Assembly (NCBI GenBank): GCA_032654565.1
Contig: JAULAX010000018.1
Coordinates: forward strand, 192,001 to 256,000
DNA length: 64,000 nt
Reading direction: 5' to 3'
Source: Anaeromyxobacteraceae bacterium
Lineage (GTDB): Bacteria > Myxococcota > Myxococcia > Myxococcales > Anaeromyxobacteraceae
This document shows positions 51,795-60,964 of this stretch, one piece after another (positions within the stretch are counted from its first letter, which is position 1; every line of letters starts with the position of its first letter). The notes beneath the pieces are model-generated. The model was not told the DNA's origin. It worked only from the letters and a program-made list of their open reading frames with translations, and did not search any database. The position numbers and the translations under genes are program-made.

Positions 51795-52148
51795 TCAAGG
51801 CGAAAGTGTTCCCTGCGAGATGGAATGGGCGGAGGGCGTGCTCATGTTCCCGGCCCCCCCGCTCAAGGTGCCCTGGGCCACCGCATGGGCCCCGGTGGCC
51901 GACGTCGATCCGGCGCCGGGCGTCAGCTGTCCCCGCTGGATGGTGTGGGTCGTGGTGGGCGAGGTGCAGCCGGAGCCGACCGGGCAGGTGGCGTTGCAGT
52001 TGTTGAGGGTCACGCCGCAGATGTGCGCAGACGTGCAGACCGGCGTGCAGCCCGGGACCACCGGGGGCGCCACCGAGTTGGGATCGATGGTCAGCGAGCA
52101 GCCGGCCAGGCCGAGCAGCAGGGCAGAGAGCGAGGCGATACGGCGCAT
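51795..52148 (-). CDS. small Cys-rich lipoprotein with three 20-aa C-terminal repeats
   Basis: LAGC lipobox; six further Cys; HTIQRGQL / HAVAQGTL / HSISQGTL. Confidence 0.75.
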   Translation of the reverse strand: MRRIASLSALLLGLAGCSLTIDPNSVAPPVVPGCTPVCTSAHICGVTLNNCNATCPVGSGCTSPTTTHTIQRGQLTPGAGSTSATGAHAVAQGTLSGGAGNMSTPSAHSISQGTLSP

Positions 52149-53105
52149 CTAGAACCTCCCCGAGACCATCGCCACCATGCCGCCCTCGGTGGGCGCCACG
52201 GCCACGGTGGGGCCGCTGGTGAGCAGCAGGTAGGTGGCGACGCCGGCGGTGACGCCGCCGGCCAGGAAGCAGACGTCGGCCAGCGTGGACTTGCTCTTGG
52301 CCTCGTCCTTCTTGCTGGCGTAGGCGGCGGCGTCGCCGGCGGCCGAGGCCTTCTTCTCGGCGTCGAAGGCGGCCTTGGCCTGGAGGCCGAAGAGGGCGCC
52401 CACGCCCACCACCGCCACGCCGGTGCCGCCCAGCGCCCAGCCCCAGGTGCGCCGCGACCAGCCGCCCCCCTTGTCGGACGACTCCACGGAGACCGCGGCC
52501 GGGGTCGAGGCCGTCGGCCTGGCGGCGGTGAGATCCGGCGCGGCGGGCGTGGGCTTGGGCCTGGCGGCCGGCTCGACCCTGGCCACGGCCCCCGGGATCG
52601 GCAGCTCGCCCGCCAGGGGCAGGAGCAGCTTGCGCACCCCGCGCTGCACCGCCGCCACCAGCTTCTCCTCGCTCCCCTCGACCGACTCTCCGAAGCGTCC
52701 GGTCACCCGGGCCTTCTTGGCGTCGACCAGCTTGATGTCGACGCGGTAGAGGGCCCCGAGCTTGCCGAGCGTCCCCACCATCACCTGGTCGACGCCCAGG
52801 GCGCCGCCGATCTCGGCGAGGCAGTTGGAGTCGTCGGTGCAGCCGAGCACCTTCTTCTGCTGGTCGAAGCCGATCATCGAGGCGATGTCGGAGCGGCCGA
52901 TCACCTCGAACTTGTCGATGTTGGCGGCCTCGGTGAGCGCCACCTCGGAGAGCAGCTCGGCCTTGTGGGCCTCGGTGCCGAGCGGCCGGATCTCCATCAC
53001 CGCGATCCGGATCTTCCGCGGGCCGGCCGGCGTCGCCGGGGCGGCGGTCGCCGAGAACGCGGGGAGGAGGAAGCCGATGGCCAGCCAGTGGGTCAGTCGA
53101 CGCAT
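52149..53105 (-). CDS. exported protein: CsgG/TolB-N-like domain, Pro/Ala linker, membrane-type C-terminus ending in Phe
   Basis: ATG 53105; IAVMEI...FEVIGRS...GCTDDSNCLAEIGGALGVD.VMVGTLGKLG; ends VAPTEGGMVAMVSGRF. Confidence 0.7.
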   Translation of the reverse strand: MRRLTHWLAIGFLLPAFSATAAPATPAGPRKIRIAVMEIRPLGTEAHKAELLSEVALTEAANIDKFEVIGRSDIASMIGFDQQKKVLGCTDDSNCLAEIGGALGVDQVMVGTLGKLGALYRVDIKLVDAKKARVTGRFGESVEGSEEKLVAAVQRGVRKLLLPLAGELPIPGAVARVEPAARPKPTPAAPDLTAARPTASTPAAVSVESSDKGGGWSRRTWGWALGGTGVAVVGVGALFGLQAKAAFDAEKKASAAGDAAAYASKKDEAKSKSTLADVCFLAGGVTAGVATYLLLTSGPTVAVAPTEGGMVAMVSGRF

Positions 53106-53264
53106 TTCGCCCTCTCGTCCGCAGCGTGCGGCTACAAGACGCACAGTATCCTGCCGGCCATCGGCCCCCCGCGACCCTTTAGGGTATGTCGACCCGGAAT
53201 CGCGGGCGCACCGTGAACAGGTGACGCCGCCGGTGGTCGTGTAGAGTTCACCGCGAGGGAAGCC

Positions 53265-54419
53265 ATGCACCTGCGCCGTGCGGTGACCGCCGCGACCATC
53301 CTGGCCCTGTCGACCTCCTGCGCCCTGCTGCGGCCGGCCCGGGTCTCGCCGGACGGGCGTGAGCTGCGGGTGGACGGCGAGCGCTGGCAGGTCCAGGACG
53401 GGCTCACCCTCTTCGAGCGGGACGGCCGGCTGCACGTGGTCTCGGTGGTCGCCGACTTCACCTTCGACGTGGCCGTCCCCTTCGGCCCCGACGGCCGCCC
53501 GGCCTGGCCGGCCCAGGCGCCGTTCGAGGTCGCCGGCGGCCTGATCCGGCTCCACGACCAGGGCGGGGCCACGGTGGCGGCGCTGGTCCAGTCGAAGCAG
53601 CTCCACCCCCACGCCGAGCACTTCCACCTCACCAGCCGCTACGCCAACGCCGACTGGCAGGCGCTCTACGCGCTCCGGGCCGAGGGCTCGGCGCTGGAGC
53701 CGGCGCGGCGGCAGCTGGCCGCCAGCGTGCTCGCCGAGCTGCTCGACGAGCGGCTCCCCGGCACCTCCGAGGAGGCCACCCTGGCGGCGCTGCGCCGCCT
53801 CGACTCGGCCATGGCCAAGGCGCACCGGGCGGTGCTGGCCGGCCAGCCCGGGCAGCAGGTGCTCGGCATCCTCGGCCACGACTTCGAGATCTCCGAGGAC
53901 GGCCGGGCGCTGGAGATCGAGGGGCGGCGGCTCCGCGCCGGGGAGGGGATCCGCTTCACCTACGACGGCGGCCACTTCCACGTGGAGTCGCTGGCCGGCA
54001 CATGGGTGCAGGTGGTCCAGCTCGAGGTCATGGAGCCGGGGACCTTCGAGCTGCCGCCCTCCATCTTCTACGAGCTGCGCGGCGGGGTGGTCGAGGCCCG
54101 GCCCATGTCCGGCAGGTGGCAGGTCCTGGCCGAGTCGCGCCAGCTGCGCTTCACCCGGGACCACTGGCACCTCACCGAGGCCTACCAGCCGCTCCAGCCG
54201 CTGGTCGCCGCCGCCGAGGATCCTTCCAGGTCGGAGGGGCTCCGCGACCGGGCCCGGGCGCGCGCCATGGAGGCGATGCGGATCCGCTTCAGCCTCGGCA
54301 GCGAGCTGGAGCTGGAGTCGCAGCTGGCGACGGTCAACCGGCTCATCGAGCGGCTGGTGGCCGACACCGAGCAGGAGCACCGCCCGCCGCCGGTCCAGAA
54401 GGCGCGTCCGACGCGTTGA
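53265..54419 (+). CDS. hypothetical lipoprotein with internal duplication and His motifs
   Basis: Probable lipobox STSC; halves begin VSPDGRELRVDG and ISEDGRALEIEG; HAEHFH, GGHFH, RDHWH. Confidence 0.75.
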   Translation: MHLRRAVTAATILALSTSCALLRPARVSPDGRELRVDGERWQVQDGLTLFERDGRLHVVSVVADFTFDVAVPFGPDGRPAWPAQAPFEVAGGLIRLHDQGGATVAALVQSKQLHPHAEHFHLTSRYANADWQALYALRAEGSALEPARRQLAASVLAELLDERLPGTSEEATLAALRRLDSAMAKAHRAVLAGQPGQQVLGILGHDFEISEDGRALEIEGRRLRAGEGIRFTYDGGHFHVESLAGTWVQVVQLEVMEPGTFELPPSIFYELRGGVVEARPMSGRWQVLAESRQLRFTRDHWHLTEAYQPLQPLVAAAEDPSRSEGLRDRARARAMEAMRIRFSLGSELELESQLATVNRLIERLVADTEQEHRPPPVQKARPTR

Positions 54420-54527
54420 GCGCGGGTGTCAGGCGGCCGCACCAGCGCCGCCCCGGCACCACCTCGAGGTGCGCATCGGCCCACCTGAGAGCCAGATGGT
54501 TGAAGGAAGGGGCGAAATCGATCGCCC

Positions 54528-54543
54528 TGTACCCATCTGGGAC
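54528..54543. promoter_or_regulatory. putative operator TGTACCC-ATCT-GGGAC
   Basis: 15/16 identical to 8554-8569. Confidence 0.55.
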
Positions 54544-54604
54544 GCGCGACAAAAAGCCCATATTCCGAGGGTAACGCAGTTTTTACGCGCGCAAATTTCG
54601 CCCC

Positions 54605-54618
54605 TTGATCGCCGTCAA
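54605..54618. promoter_or_regulatory. FNR/CRP-family box TTGAT-CGCC-GTCAA
   Basis: 9/10 match to TTGAT-N4-ATCAA, about 80 bp before the hydrogenase start. Confidence 0.6.
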
Positions 54619-54697
54619 TGCCAAGGGGGGCCCCCTTCGGGCGAACATCCCTGGAACGTCGGTCGGGCCACTCTTCGCCCGCCCCAGGAGGAACACA

Positions 54698-55828
54698 ATG
54701 CCGCAGCCCGTGGTAGCGGAACCCGCAGCGGAACCCTCCGCCTTCTCCCGGCGCGATTTCGTCAAGGTCTGCACGGCGGCCGCGGCCGCCGTCGGCCTGC
54801 CGGCCTGGGCCGGCGAGAAGATGGCGGAGAAGGTCGCCAAGGGGAAGAAGCCCTCGGTCATCTGGCTCCACTTCCAGGAGTGCACCGGCTGCACCGAGTC
54901 GCTGCTGCGCGCCAACGCGCCGGACCTGGGCGAGCTGATCCTCGACCTCATCTCGCTCGACTTCCACGAGACGCTGGCGGCCGCGGCCGGCCACCAGTTC
55001 GAGGCCACGCTCGAGAAGACCATGGCCGAGAACGCCGGCAAGTACGTGCTCATCGTCGAGGGGTCGATCCCGCTCAAGGACGACGGCATCTACTGCTACG
55101 TCGGCGGGAAGAAGGCCATCGACACGCTCAACCGGGTGGCCGAGAAGGCGGCGGCCGTCATCGCCATCGGCTCCTGCGCCTCCTGGGGCGGCGTCCCCTC
55201 CTCGTCGCCCAACCCCACCGGCGCCGTCGGCGTGCCCCAGGCGCTCAAGGGCAAGACCGTGGTGACGCTGCCCGGGTGCCCCGCCAACCCCTACAACCTG
55301 CTCGGCACCGTGCTGCAGTTCGCCACCTTCGGCACCCTGCCGGCGCTCGACGACAAGGGGCGCCCCAAGTTCGCCTACGGCCGGGTCATCCACGAGGACT
55401 GCCCGCGCCGCGCCCACTTCGACAACGGCCGCTTCGCCAGGCAGTTCGGCGACGAGGGTCACCGCAACGGCTGGTGCCTCTACCAGCTCGGCTGCAAGGG
55501 GCCGCAGACCCACGCCAACTGCTCGCTGCTCCACTTCTGCGAGGTGCCGGGCGCCTGGCCCATCGGCACCGGCCACCCGTGCATCGGCTGCACCGAGCAG
55601 GGGATCGTCTTCAACGTCCCCATCCACCAGAACATGAACATCGACAAGCCCACCGCCCCCATGGCCTACCCGACCGTCGGCGGCGCCAAGGGCGAGGTCG
55701 GCGCCATCGCCGCCGGCCTCGGTGGCCTGGTGGTCGGCGCCGTGGCCGGTGCCAGCTACGTCGCCTCCCGCAAGCTGACCGTCCAGGTGCAGAAGGCCGA
55801 GGGCGCCGAGCAGGAGAAGAAGCCATGA
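54698..55828 (+). CDS. hybO: [NiFe] hydrogenase small subunit (Hyb-type)
   Basis: ATG 54698 after AGGAGG; Tat SRRDFVK; QECTGCTES, GSCASWGG, PGCP, HEDCPR, GCKGP, GHPCIGC; C-terminal TM. Confidence 0.92.
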   Translation: MPQPVVAEPAAEPSAFSRRDFVKVCTAAAAAVGLPAWAGEKMAEKVAKGKKPSVIWLHFQECTGCTESLLRANAPDLGELILDLISLDFHETLAAAAGHQFEATLEKTMAENAGKYVLIVEGSIPLKDDGIYCYVGGKKAIDTLNRVAEKAAAVIAIGSCASWGGVPSSSPNPTGAVGVPQALKGKTVVTLPGCPANPYNLLGTVLQFATFGTLPALDDKGRPKFAYGRVIHEDCPRRAHFDNGRFARQFGDEGHRNGWCLYQLGCKGPQTHANCSLLHFCEVPGAWPIGTGHPCIGCTEQGIVFNVPIHQNMNIDKPTAPMAYPTVGGAKGEVGAIAAGLGGLVVGAVAGASYVASRKLTVQVQKAEGAEQEKKP

Positions 55829-56700
55829 CCATGACCCGGCGCGGGATGCTCAAGGTCCTCGGCGCCGCGGCCGGCGCCGCCGTGGTGGCCCCGGCGGAGG
55901 CGCGCACCTCCAAGAAGAGCAACCCCGACGACCTCGGGCTGCTCTTCGACGCCACCCGCTGCGTGGGGTGCCGGGCCTGCTCGACCGCCTGCCGGGACGC
56001 CAACAACATGGCCCCCGACGTGGCGGTGATCGCCGGCGCGCCCTACGACGCCCCGGTCGACCTGAACGGCAGCACCCTCTCGGTCATCAAGCAGTGGAGC
56101 ACCGAGAAGCAGACCGGCTTCTTCAAGGCCCAGTGCATGCAGTGCGCCGACCCGGCCTGCTCGTCGGTCTGCATGATGGGCGCCCTGCACAAGGGGAAGC
56201 GCGGCGTGGTGCAGTACGACGTGGAGCGCTGCGTCGGCTGCCGCAACTGCCAGATCGCCTGCCCCTTCAACGTGCCCAAGTTCCAGTGGGCGGCCGCCTC
56301 GCCGAAGATCATCAAGTGCGAGCTCTGCCGCCACCGCTGGGACCAGGGCAAGGGCCCGGCCTGCGCCGAGGCCTGTCCGCGCGGCGCGGTGGTGTCGGGC
56401 AGCCGGCCCGAGCTGCTGGCCGAGGCCAAGCGCCGCCTGGCGGCGACCCCGTCGGCCTACCAGGGCGGCGTCTACGGCGAGACCCAGGGCGGCGGCACCG
56501 CCTGCCTGTACCTGTCGCCGGTCGGCTTCTCGGCCTTCGGGCTGCCGGCGCTGGGCGACCAGCCGGTGCCGGCGCTGGTGGAGACCGTGCAGCACGCCGT
56601 CTACCAGGGCTTCGTGGCCCCGGCGGCCCTGTTCGGGGCCTTCGCCGTCGTCGCCTGGAAGAACCACCGCGCGGCCGGTTCCGGCCCGGAGGAGAAGTGA
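55825..56700 (+). CDS. hybA: hydrogenase-2 ferredoxin-like subunit
   Basis: Tat TRRGMLK; CVGCRACSTAC, CMQCADPACSSVC, CVGCRNCQIACP, KCELC. Confidence 0.9.
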   Translation: MTMTRRGMLKVLGAAAGAAVVAPAEARTSKKSNPDDLGLLFDATRCVGCRACSTACRDANNMAPDVAVIAGAPYDAPVDLNGSTLSVIKQWSTEKQTGFFKAQCMQCADPACSSVCMMGALHKGKRGVVQYDVERCVGCRNCQIACPFNVPKFQWAAASPKIIKCELCRHRWDQGKGPACAEACPRGAVVSGSRPELLAEAKRRLAATPSAYQGGVYGETQGGGTACLYLSPVGFSAFGLPALGDQPVPALVETVQHAVYQGFVAPAALFGAFAVVAWKNHRAAGSGPEEK

Positions 56701-57917
56701 TGACCGCCCGGGCCCAGGCCGTCGAAGGAAAGCTGCTCACCCCGGCCGTCAAGGTGCTGCTGGTGCTCTGGGCGCTCGGCACCGTGGCCGGCCTGCACCG
56801 GTTCGTCTCGGGGCTGGGGGCGGCCACCGCCATGAACGACGGCTACCCCTGGGGCATCTGGATCGCCATCGACGTGGTGGTCGGCACCGGGCTGGCCAGC
56901 GGCGGCTACGTCCTGGCCTTCCTGGTCTTCATCCTCAACAAGGGGCGGTACCACCCGCTGGTCCGCCCGGCGCTGCTCACCAGCCTGCTCGGCTACGGCG
57001 TGGCCGGCGTGGCGGTGGCCTTCGATCTGGGCCGCTACTGGACCATGTGGCGCATCCCGGTGTCTCCGCACCAGTGGAGCAGCACCTCGGTGCTCCTCGA
57101 GGTGGCGCTCTGCATGATGGCCTACGTCATGGTCATCTTCCTGGAGCTCTCGCCGGCCTGGCTGGAGGGGCTCTCCGCCAGCCGCAACCCGGAGCGGGCC
57201 CGGTGGGCCGCGGCCTGGCTGCCGCGCGCCGAGAAGGCGCTGCCCTTCTTCATCGCCTTCGGCCTGCTGCTCCCCACCATGCACCAGTCCAGCCTGGGCG
57301 GGCTGATGATGATGGCCGGGCACAAGCTGCACCCGCTCTGGCACACCGGCTTCCTGCCCATCTACTTCCTCTTCACCGCCTTCGCCATGGGCTTCGGGGT
57401 GCTCTACTTCGAGTCCATCTTCTCCAGCGTCTCCTTCAAGCGGCCGCTGGAGAACCGGCTGCTGGCCACCCTGGGCCGGTACGTGGCCGGGGTGATCCTG
57501 GCCTTCCTGGCGATGCGCTTCGTGGTCCTCGGCGTCGAGGGGAAGCTGGGCCTGGTCTTCTCGGCGGGGCGGATGGGCTTCTTCTTCTGGGCCGAGATCC
57601 TCATCTTGCTGGGCTCGGCCGTCATCTTCCTGCGCCAGGGCGAGCACGGCCTGCCGCACCAGCAGCTCCAGGCGGCGCTGCTGGCCATGCTGGGCGGCAC
57701 CCTCTACCGCATCGACGTCTTCCTGGTGGCCTACGATCCCGGCAACGGCTGGATCTACTTCCCCAGCGTCTCTGAGATCCTCATCACCCTCGGGCTGATC
57801 GCCACCGAGACGGTGATCTACGTCCTGGTGGTCCGGAAGTTTCCTATCCTCGCCGGCGTCACGTCGCCTCCAGGGCGTGAAGTCCCGGCCGGTCTCAAGC
57901 AAGGGGCGACGCCATGA
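56700..57917 (+). CDS. hybB: hydrogenase-2 NrfD-type membrane subunit
   Basis: NDGYPWGIWIAIDV, NKGRYHPLVRPALL, DLGRYW, LPTMHQSSLG. Confidence 0.92.
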   Translation: MTARAQAVEGKLLTPAVKVLLVLWALGTVAGLHRFVSGLGAATAMNDGYPWGIWIAIDVVVGTGLASGGYVLAFLVFILNKGRYHPLVRPALLTSLLGYGVAGVAVAFDLGRYWTMWRIPVSPHQWSSTSVLLEVALCMMAYVMVIFLELSPAWLEGLSASRNPERARWAAAWLPRAEKALPFFIAFGLLLPTMHQSSLGGLMMMAGHKLHPLWHTGFLPIYFLFTAFAMGFGVLYFESIFSSVSFKRPLENRLLATLGRYVAGVILAFLAMRFVVLGVEGKLGLVFSAGRMGFFFWAEILILLGSAVIFLRQGEHGLPHQQLQAALLAMLGGTLYRIDVFLVAYDPGNGWIYFPSVSEILITLGLIATETVIYVLVVRKFPILAGVTSPPGREVPAGLKQGATP

Positions 57918-59632
57918 GTCAGCGCATCACGATCGATCCCATCACCCGGATCGAAGGGCACCTCCGCATCGACGTCGAGGTGGACGGCGGCTTCGTCAAG
58001 AACGCCTGGTCCAGCGGCACCATGTGGCGGGGCATCGAGACCATCCTGCAGGGGCGTGACGCCCGCGACGCCTGGGCCTTCACCCAGCGCATCTGCGGCG
58101 TCTGCACCACCGTGCACGCCATCACCTCGGTGCGCAGCGTGGAGAACGCCATCGGGCTGGAGGTGCCGCTCAACGCCCAGCTCATCCGCAACATCATCAT
58201 CTCGGCGCACTCGCTGCACGACCACGTGGTGCACTTCTACCACCTGTCGGCGCTCGACTGGGTCGACGTGGTGGCGGCGCTCAAGGCCGATCCCGCCAAG
58301 GCCTCGGCGCTGGCGGAGTCGATCTCCAACTGGCCCGGCAACTCGGTGAAGGAGCTCACCGCGGTCAAGGCCAAGCTGGCCGGCTTCGTGGCCGCGGGGC
58401 AGCTCGGCCCCTTCCAGAACGGCTACTGGGGCCACCCGGCCATGAAGCTGCCGCCGGAGGTCAACCTGCTGGCGGTCGCCCACTACCTGCAGGCCCTGGA
58501 GATCCAGCGCAAGGCCAACCAGATCGTGGCCATCCTGGGCTCCAAGACCCCCCACATCCAGAACCTGGCGGTGGGCGGCGTGGCCAACGCCATCAACCTC
58601 GACAGCCCCTCCGCGCTCAACATGGAGAAGCTGTACCGGATCAAGGCGCTGCTCGACGAGGTCACCAGCTTCGTCACCCAGTGCTACCTGGTCGACGTGG
58701 CCGCGGTGGCCGGCTTCTACCCGGAGTGGTTCAAGTACGGCGCCGGCGTCACCAACTACCTGGCCGTGCCGGACATGCCCACCGACGCCAAGATGACCAA
58801 GTTCGACCTGCCGGGCGGCGTCATCATGGCCGGCCAGCCGGGCGTCCGGAAGATCGCCAACTGGAACGACGACTTCCTCAAGACCAACGTCACCGAGTCG
58901 ATCGCCCACTCGCACTACGACGGCGACTGGCAGCGCGGCCCGTGGGACGAGGAGACCGTCCCCAAGTTCTCCGGCGAGTGGAAGGCCGAGTCCCCGGCCC
59001 CCAAGAAGTACAGCTGGGTCAAGGCGCCGCGGCTCGACGGCAAGCCCATGCAGGTGGGCCCGCTGGCCCAGGTGCTGGTCGGCTTCCTCACCAACGATCC
59101 GCTCACCCTCAAGTGGGTGGGGGCGGCCATCGCCACCGTCAAGTCGATCCACAAGATCGACGTCACCCCGGCCATGCTCCACTCCACCCTGGGCCGCCAC
59201 GCCGCCCGGGCCATCCGCACCGCCATGATGGCCGAGCTGACCCAGAAGCACTGGGGCCTGCTCATGGAGAACATCGGCAAGGGCGACACCACCACCTTCG
59301 CCGATCCCAACCCCAAGCTGGCCAACGGCAGCTACCGGGGCGTGGGCTTCCACGAGGCGCCGCGCGGGACCCTCTCCCACTGGTGCGTCCTGGAGAACGG
59401 CAAGATCAAGAACTACCAGTGCGTGGTCCCCTCCACCTGGAACGCCGGGCCGCGCGACGGCAAGGAGCAGCCCGGCCCCTACGAGGCCTCGCTGGTGGGC
59501 AACCCCATCGCCGACCCCAAGCTGCCGCTCGAGGCGCTGCGCACCATCCACTCCTTCGATCCCTGCCTGGCCTGCGCCATCCACACCCACGACGCCGACG
59601 GCACCGACCACGGCTCGGTGAAGGTGCTCTAG
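57914..59632 (+). CDS. hybC: [NiFe] hydrogenase large subunit (group 1c-like)
   Basis: DPITRIEGH, QRICGVCTTVH, EAPRG, HSFDPCLACAIH plus 15-aa C-terminal extension. Confidence 0.95.
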   Translation: MSQRITIDPITRIEGHLRIDVEVDGGFVKNAWSSGTMWRGIETILQGRDARDAWAFTQRICGVCTTVHAITSVRSVENAIGLEVPLNAQLIRNIIISAHSLHDHVVHFYHLSALDWVDVVAALKADPAKASALAESISNWPGNSVKELTAVKAKLAGFVAAGQLGPFQNGYWGHPAMKLPPEVNLLAVAHYLQALEIQRKANQIVAILGSKTPHIQNLAVGGVANAINLDSPSALNMEKLYRIKALLDEVTSFVTQCYLVDVAAVAGFYPEWFKYGAGVTNYLAVPDMPTDAKMTKFDLPGGVIMAGQPGVRKIANWNDDFLKTNVTESIAHSHYDGDWQRGPWDEETVPKFSGEWKAESPAPKKYSWVKAPRLDGKPMQVGPLAQVLVGFLTNDPLTLKWVGAAIATVKSIHKIDVTPAMLHSTLGRHAARAIRTAMMAELTQKHWGLLMENIGKGDTTTFADPNPKLANGSYRGVGFHEAPRGTLSHWCVLENGKIKNYQCVVPSTWNAGPRDGKEQPGPYEASLVGNPIADPKLPLEALRTIHSFDPCLACAIHTHDADGTDHGSVKVL

Positions 59633-60877
59633 TCATCCGGGGTGGCGTGGCGGCCCGACCGGTCGCCGCGCCACCACCGGCAGCGCCACCGCCAGCCCCA
59701 GCACCGCCGCCATCACCGGCAGCGCCCCCAGGTAGGAGCCGGTCAGGTCCTTCACCGCGGCCACGAAGCCCGGCCCGGCCACGCCGGCCACGCCCCACGC
59801 CGAGAGCAGCCACCCGTAGTTGACGCCGAGGTGGCGGGTGCCGAACCAGTCGGCGCAGAGCGAGGGCATGGTGCCGAAGCCGCCGCCGTAGCAGAGCAGC
59901 ACCAGGGCGAAGAGCGCGGTCACCGCCGGCACGGCGTGGACGCCGCCCACCACCGCGAAGACCAGCGCCTGGACGCCGTAGATGAGCCCGAAGGCCAGCC
60001 GGCGCCCCAGCCGGTCGGACACGGCGCCCCAGAAGAACCGCCCCAGCCCGTTGGCCACGGCGATGGCCCCGTAGACCGCCACCGCCCGGTCCTCGGAGAG
60101 GCCGGTCAGCTCCACCAGCAGCGGCACGGCGCTGGAGATGAAGAGGATGCCGGCGGCCACGTTGAGGAAGAGCATGGCCCAGAGGGCCCAGAACTGCGGG
60201 GTGCGGAGGGCCAGGGAGGGGGGCCAGCCGTCGTGACCCGGGGCGGGGCGGGGGGAGGCGGCGGCCGGACCGGGCGTGGCGCCGCCAGCCAGGGCGGCAG
60301 CGGCTCCACCCGGGGGATCGCGCAGCAGCGCCGCGGCGGCCAGCCCCACCGCGCCGAAGACCAGCCCCGAGCCGGTGAGGCGGGCGCCGATGGCGTCGGC
60401 CCCCACCACCGGGCCGAGGGCCCGCATGGCCAGGTTGTAGAGGAAGGCCCCCAGCCCGAAGCCCATCACCACCAGCCCGGTGCCGAGGCCGCGGCGCTCC
60501 TGCCCGAACCACTTGGCCACCGCCGCCACCGGGGTCACGTAGCCGAGCCCCAGCCCGAGCCCGCCCACCACGCCGTAGGTGGCGTAGAGCCAGGGCGCCC
60601 CCAGCCGGGCCACGCCGAGGCCGGCGGCGACGTTGCCGACGGCCCAGAGGGCGGCGCCGGCCAGCGCCACCCGGCGCGGGCCGAGCCGGTCCTGCAGCCG
60701 CCCCCCGAGGATGGCGCCGACGCCGAGGAAGAAGATGGCGGTGGAGAAGGCGCCGGTGGTGGTCCGGGCCGACCAGCCGAAGGCCTGCCCCAGCGGCCGG
60801 GCGTAGAGGCTCCAGCTGTAGACGGCGCCGAGGACCGCCATCAGGGCGGTGCCGGCGGCCGCGACCATCCAGCGCAT
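59633..60877 (-). CDS. MFS transporter, oxalate/formate antiporter (OFA) family
   Basis: LGAVYSWS, GRLQDRLGPR, GYVTPVAAVAKWF, GFGLG, NGLGRFFWGAVSDRLGR, CYGGGFG. Confidence 0.88.
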   Translation of the reverse strand: MRWMVAAAGTALMAVLGAVYSWSLYARPLGQAFGWSARTTTGAFSTAIFFLGVGAILGGRLQDRLGPRRVALAGAALWAVGNVAAGLGVARLGAPWLYATYGVVGGLGLGLGYVTPVAAVAKWFGQERRGLGTGLVVMGFGLGAFLYNLAMRALGPVVGADAIGARLTGSGLVFGAVGLAAAALLRDPPGGAAAALAGGATPGPAAASPRPAPGHDGWPPSLALRTPQFWALWAMLFLNVAAGILFISSAVPLLVELTGLSEDRAVAVYGAIAVANGLGRFFWGAVSDRLGRRLAFGLIYGVQALVFAVVGGVHAVPAVTALFALVLLCYGGGFGTMPSLCADWFGTRHLGVNYGWLLSAWGVAGVAGPGFVAAVKDLTGSYLGALPVMAAVLGLAVALPVVARRPVGPPRHPG

Positions 60878-60964
60878 GCCTCTGTCGTGGCATGGCCGCG
60901 CCCCCCCGTCGAGGGAGAAGGACGCCCGTGCACGCCGCGGTGAGCCGGCCTACACTGTCCGGCC

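Noticed and set aside
54652..54667. sigma54 promoter TGGAACG before hybO
   Set aside because: The -12 position reads TCGG rather than TTGC
59555..59585. [NiFeSe] hydrogenase or selenocysteine recoding
   Set aside because: The DPCLAC motif uses TGC codons; no in-frame TGA
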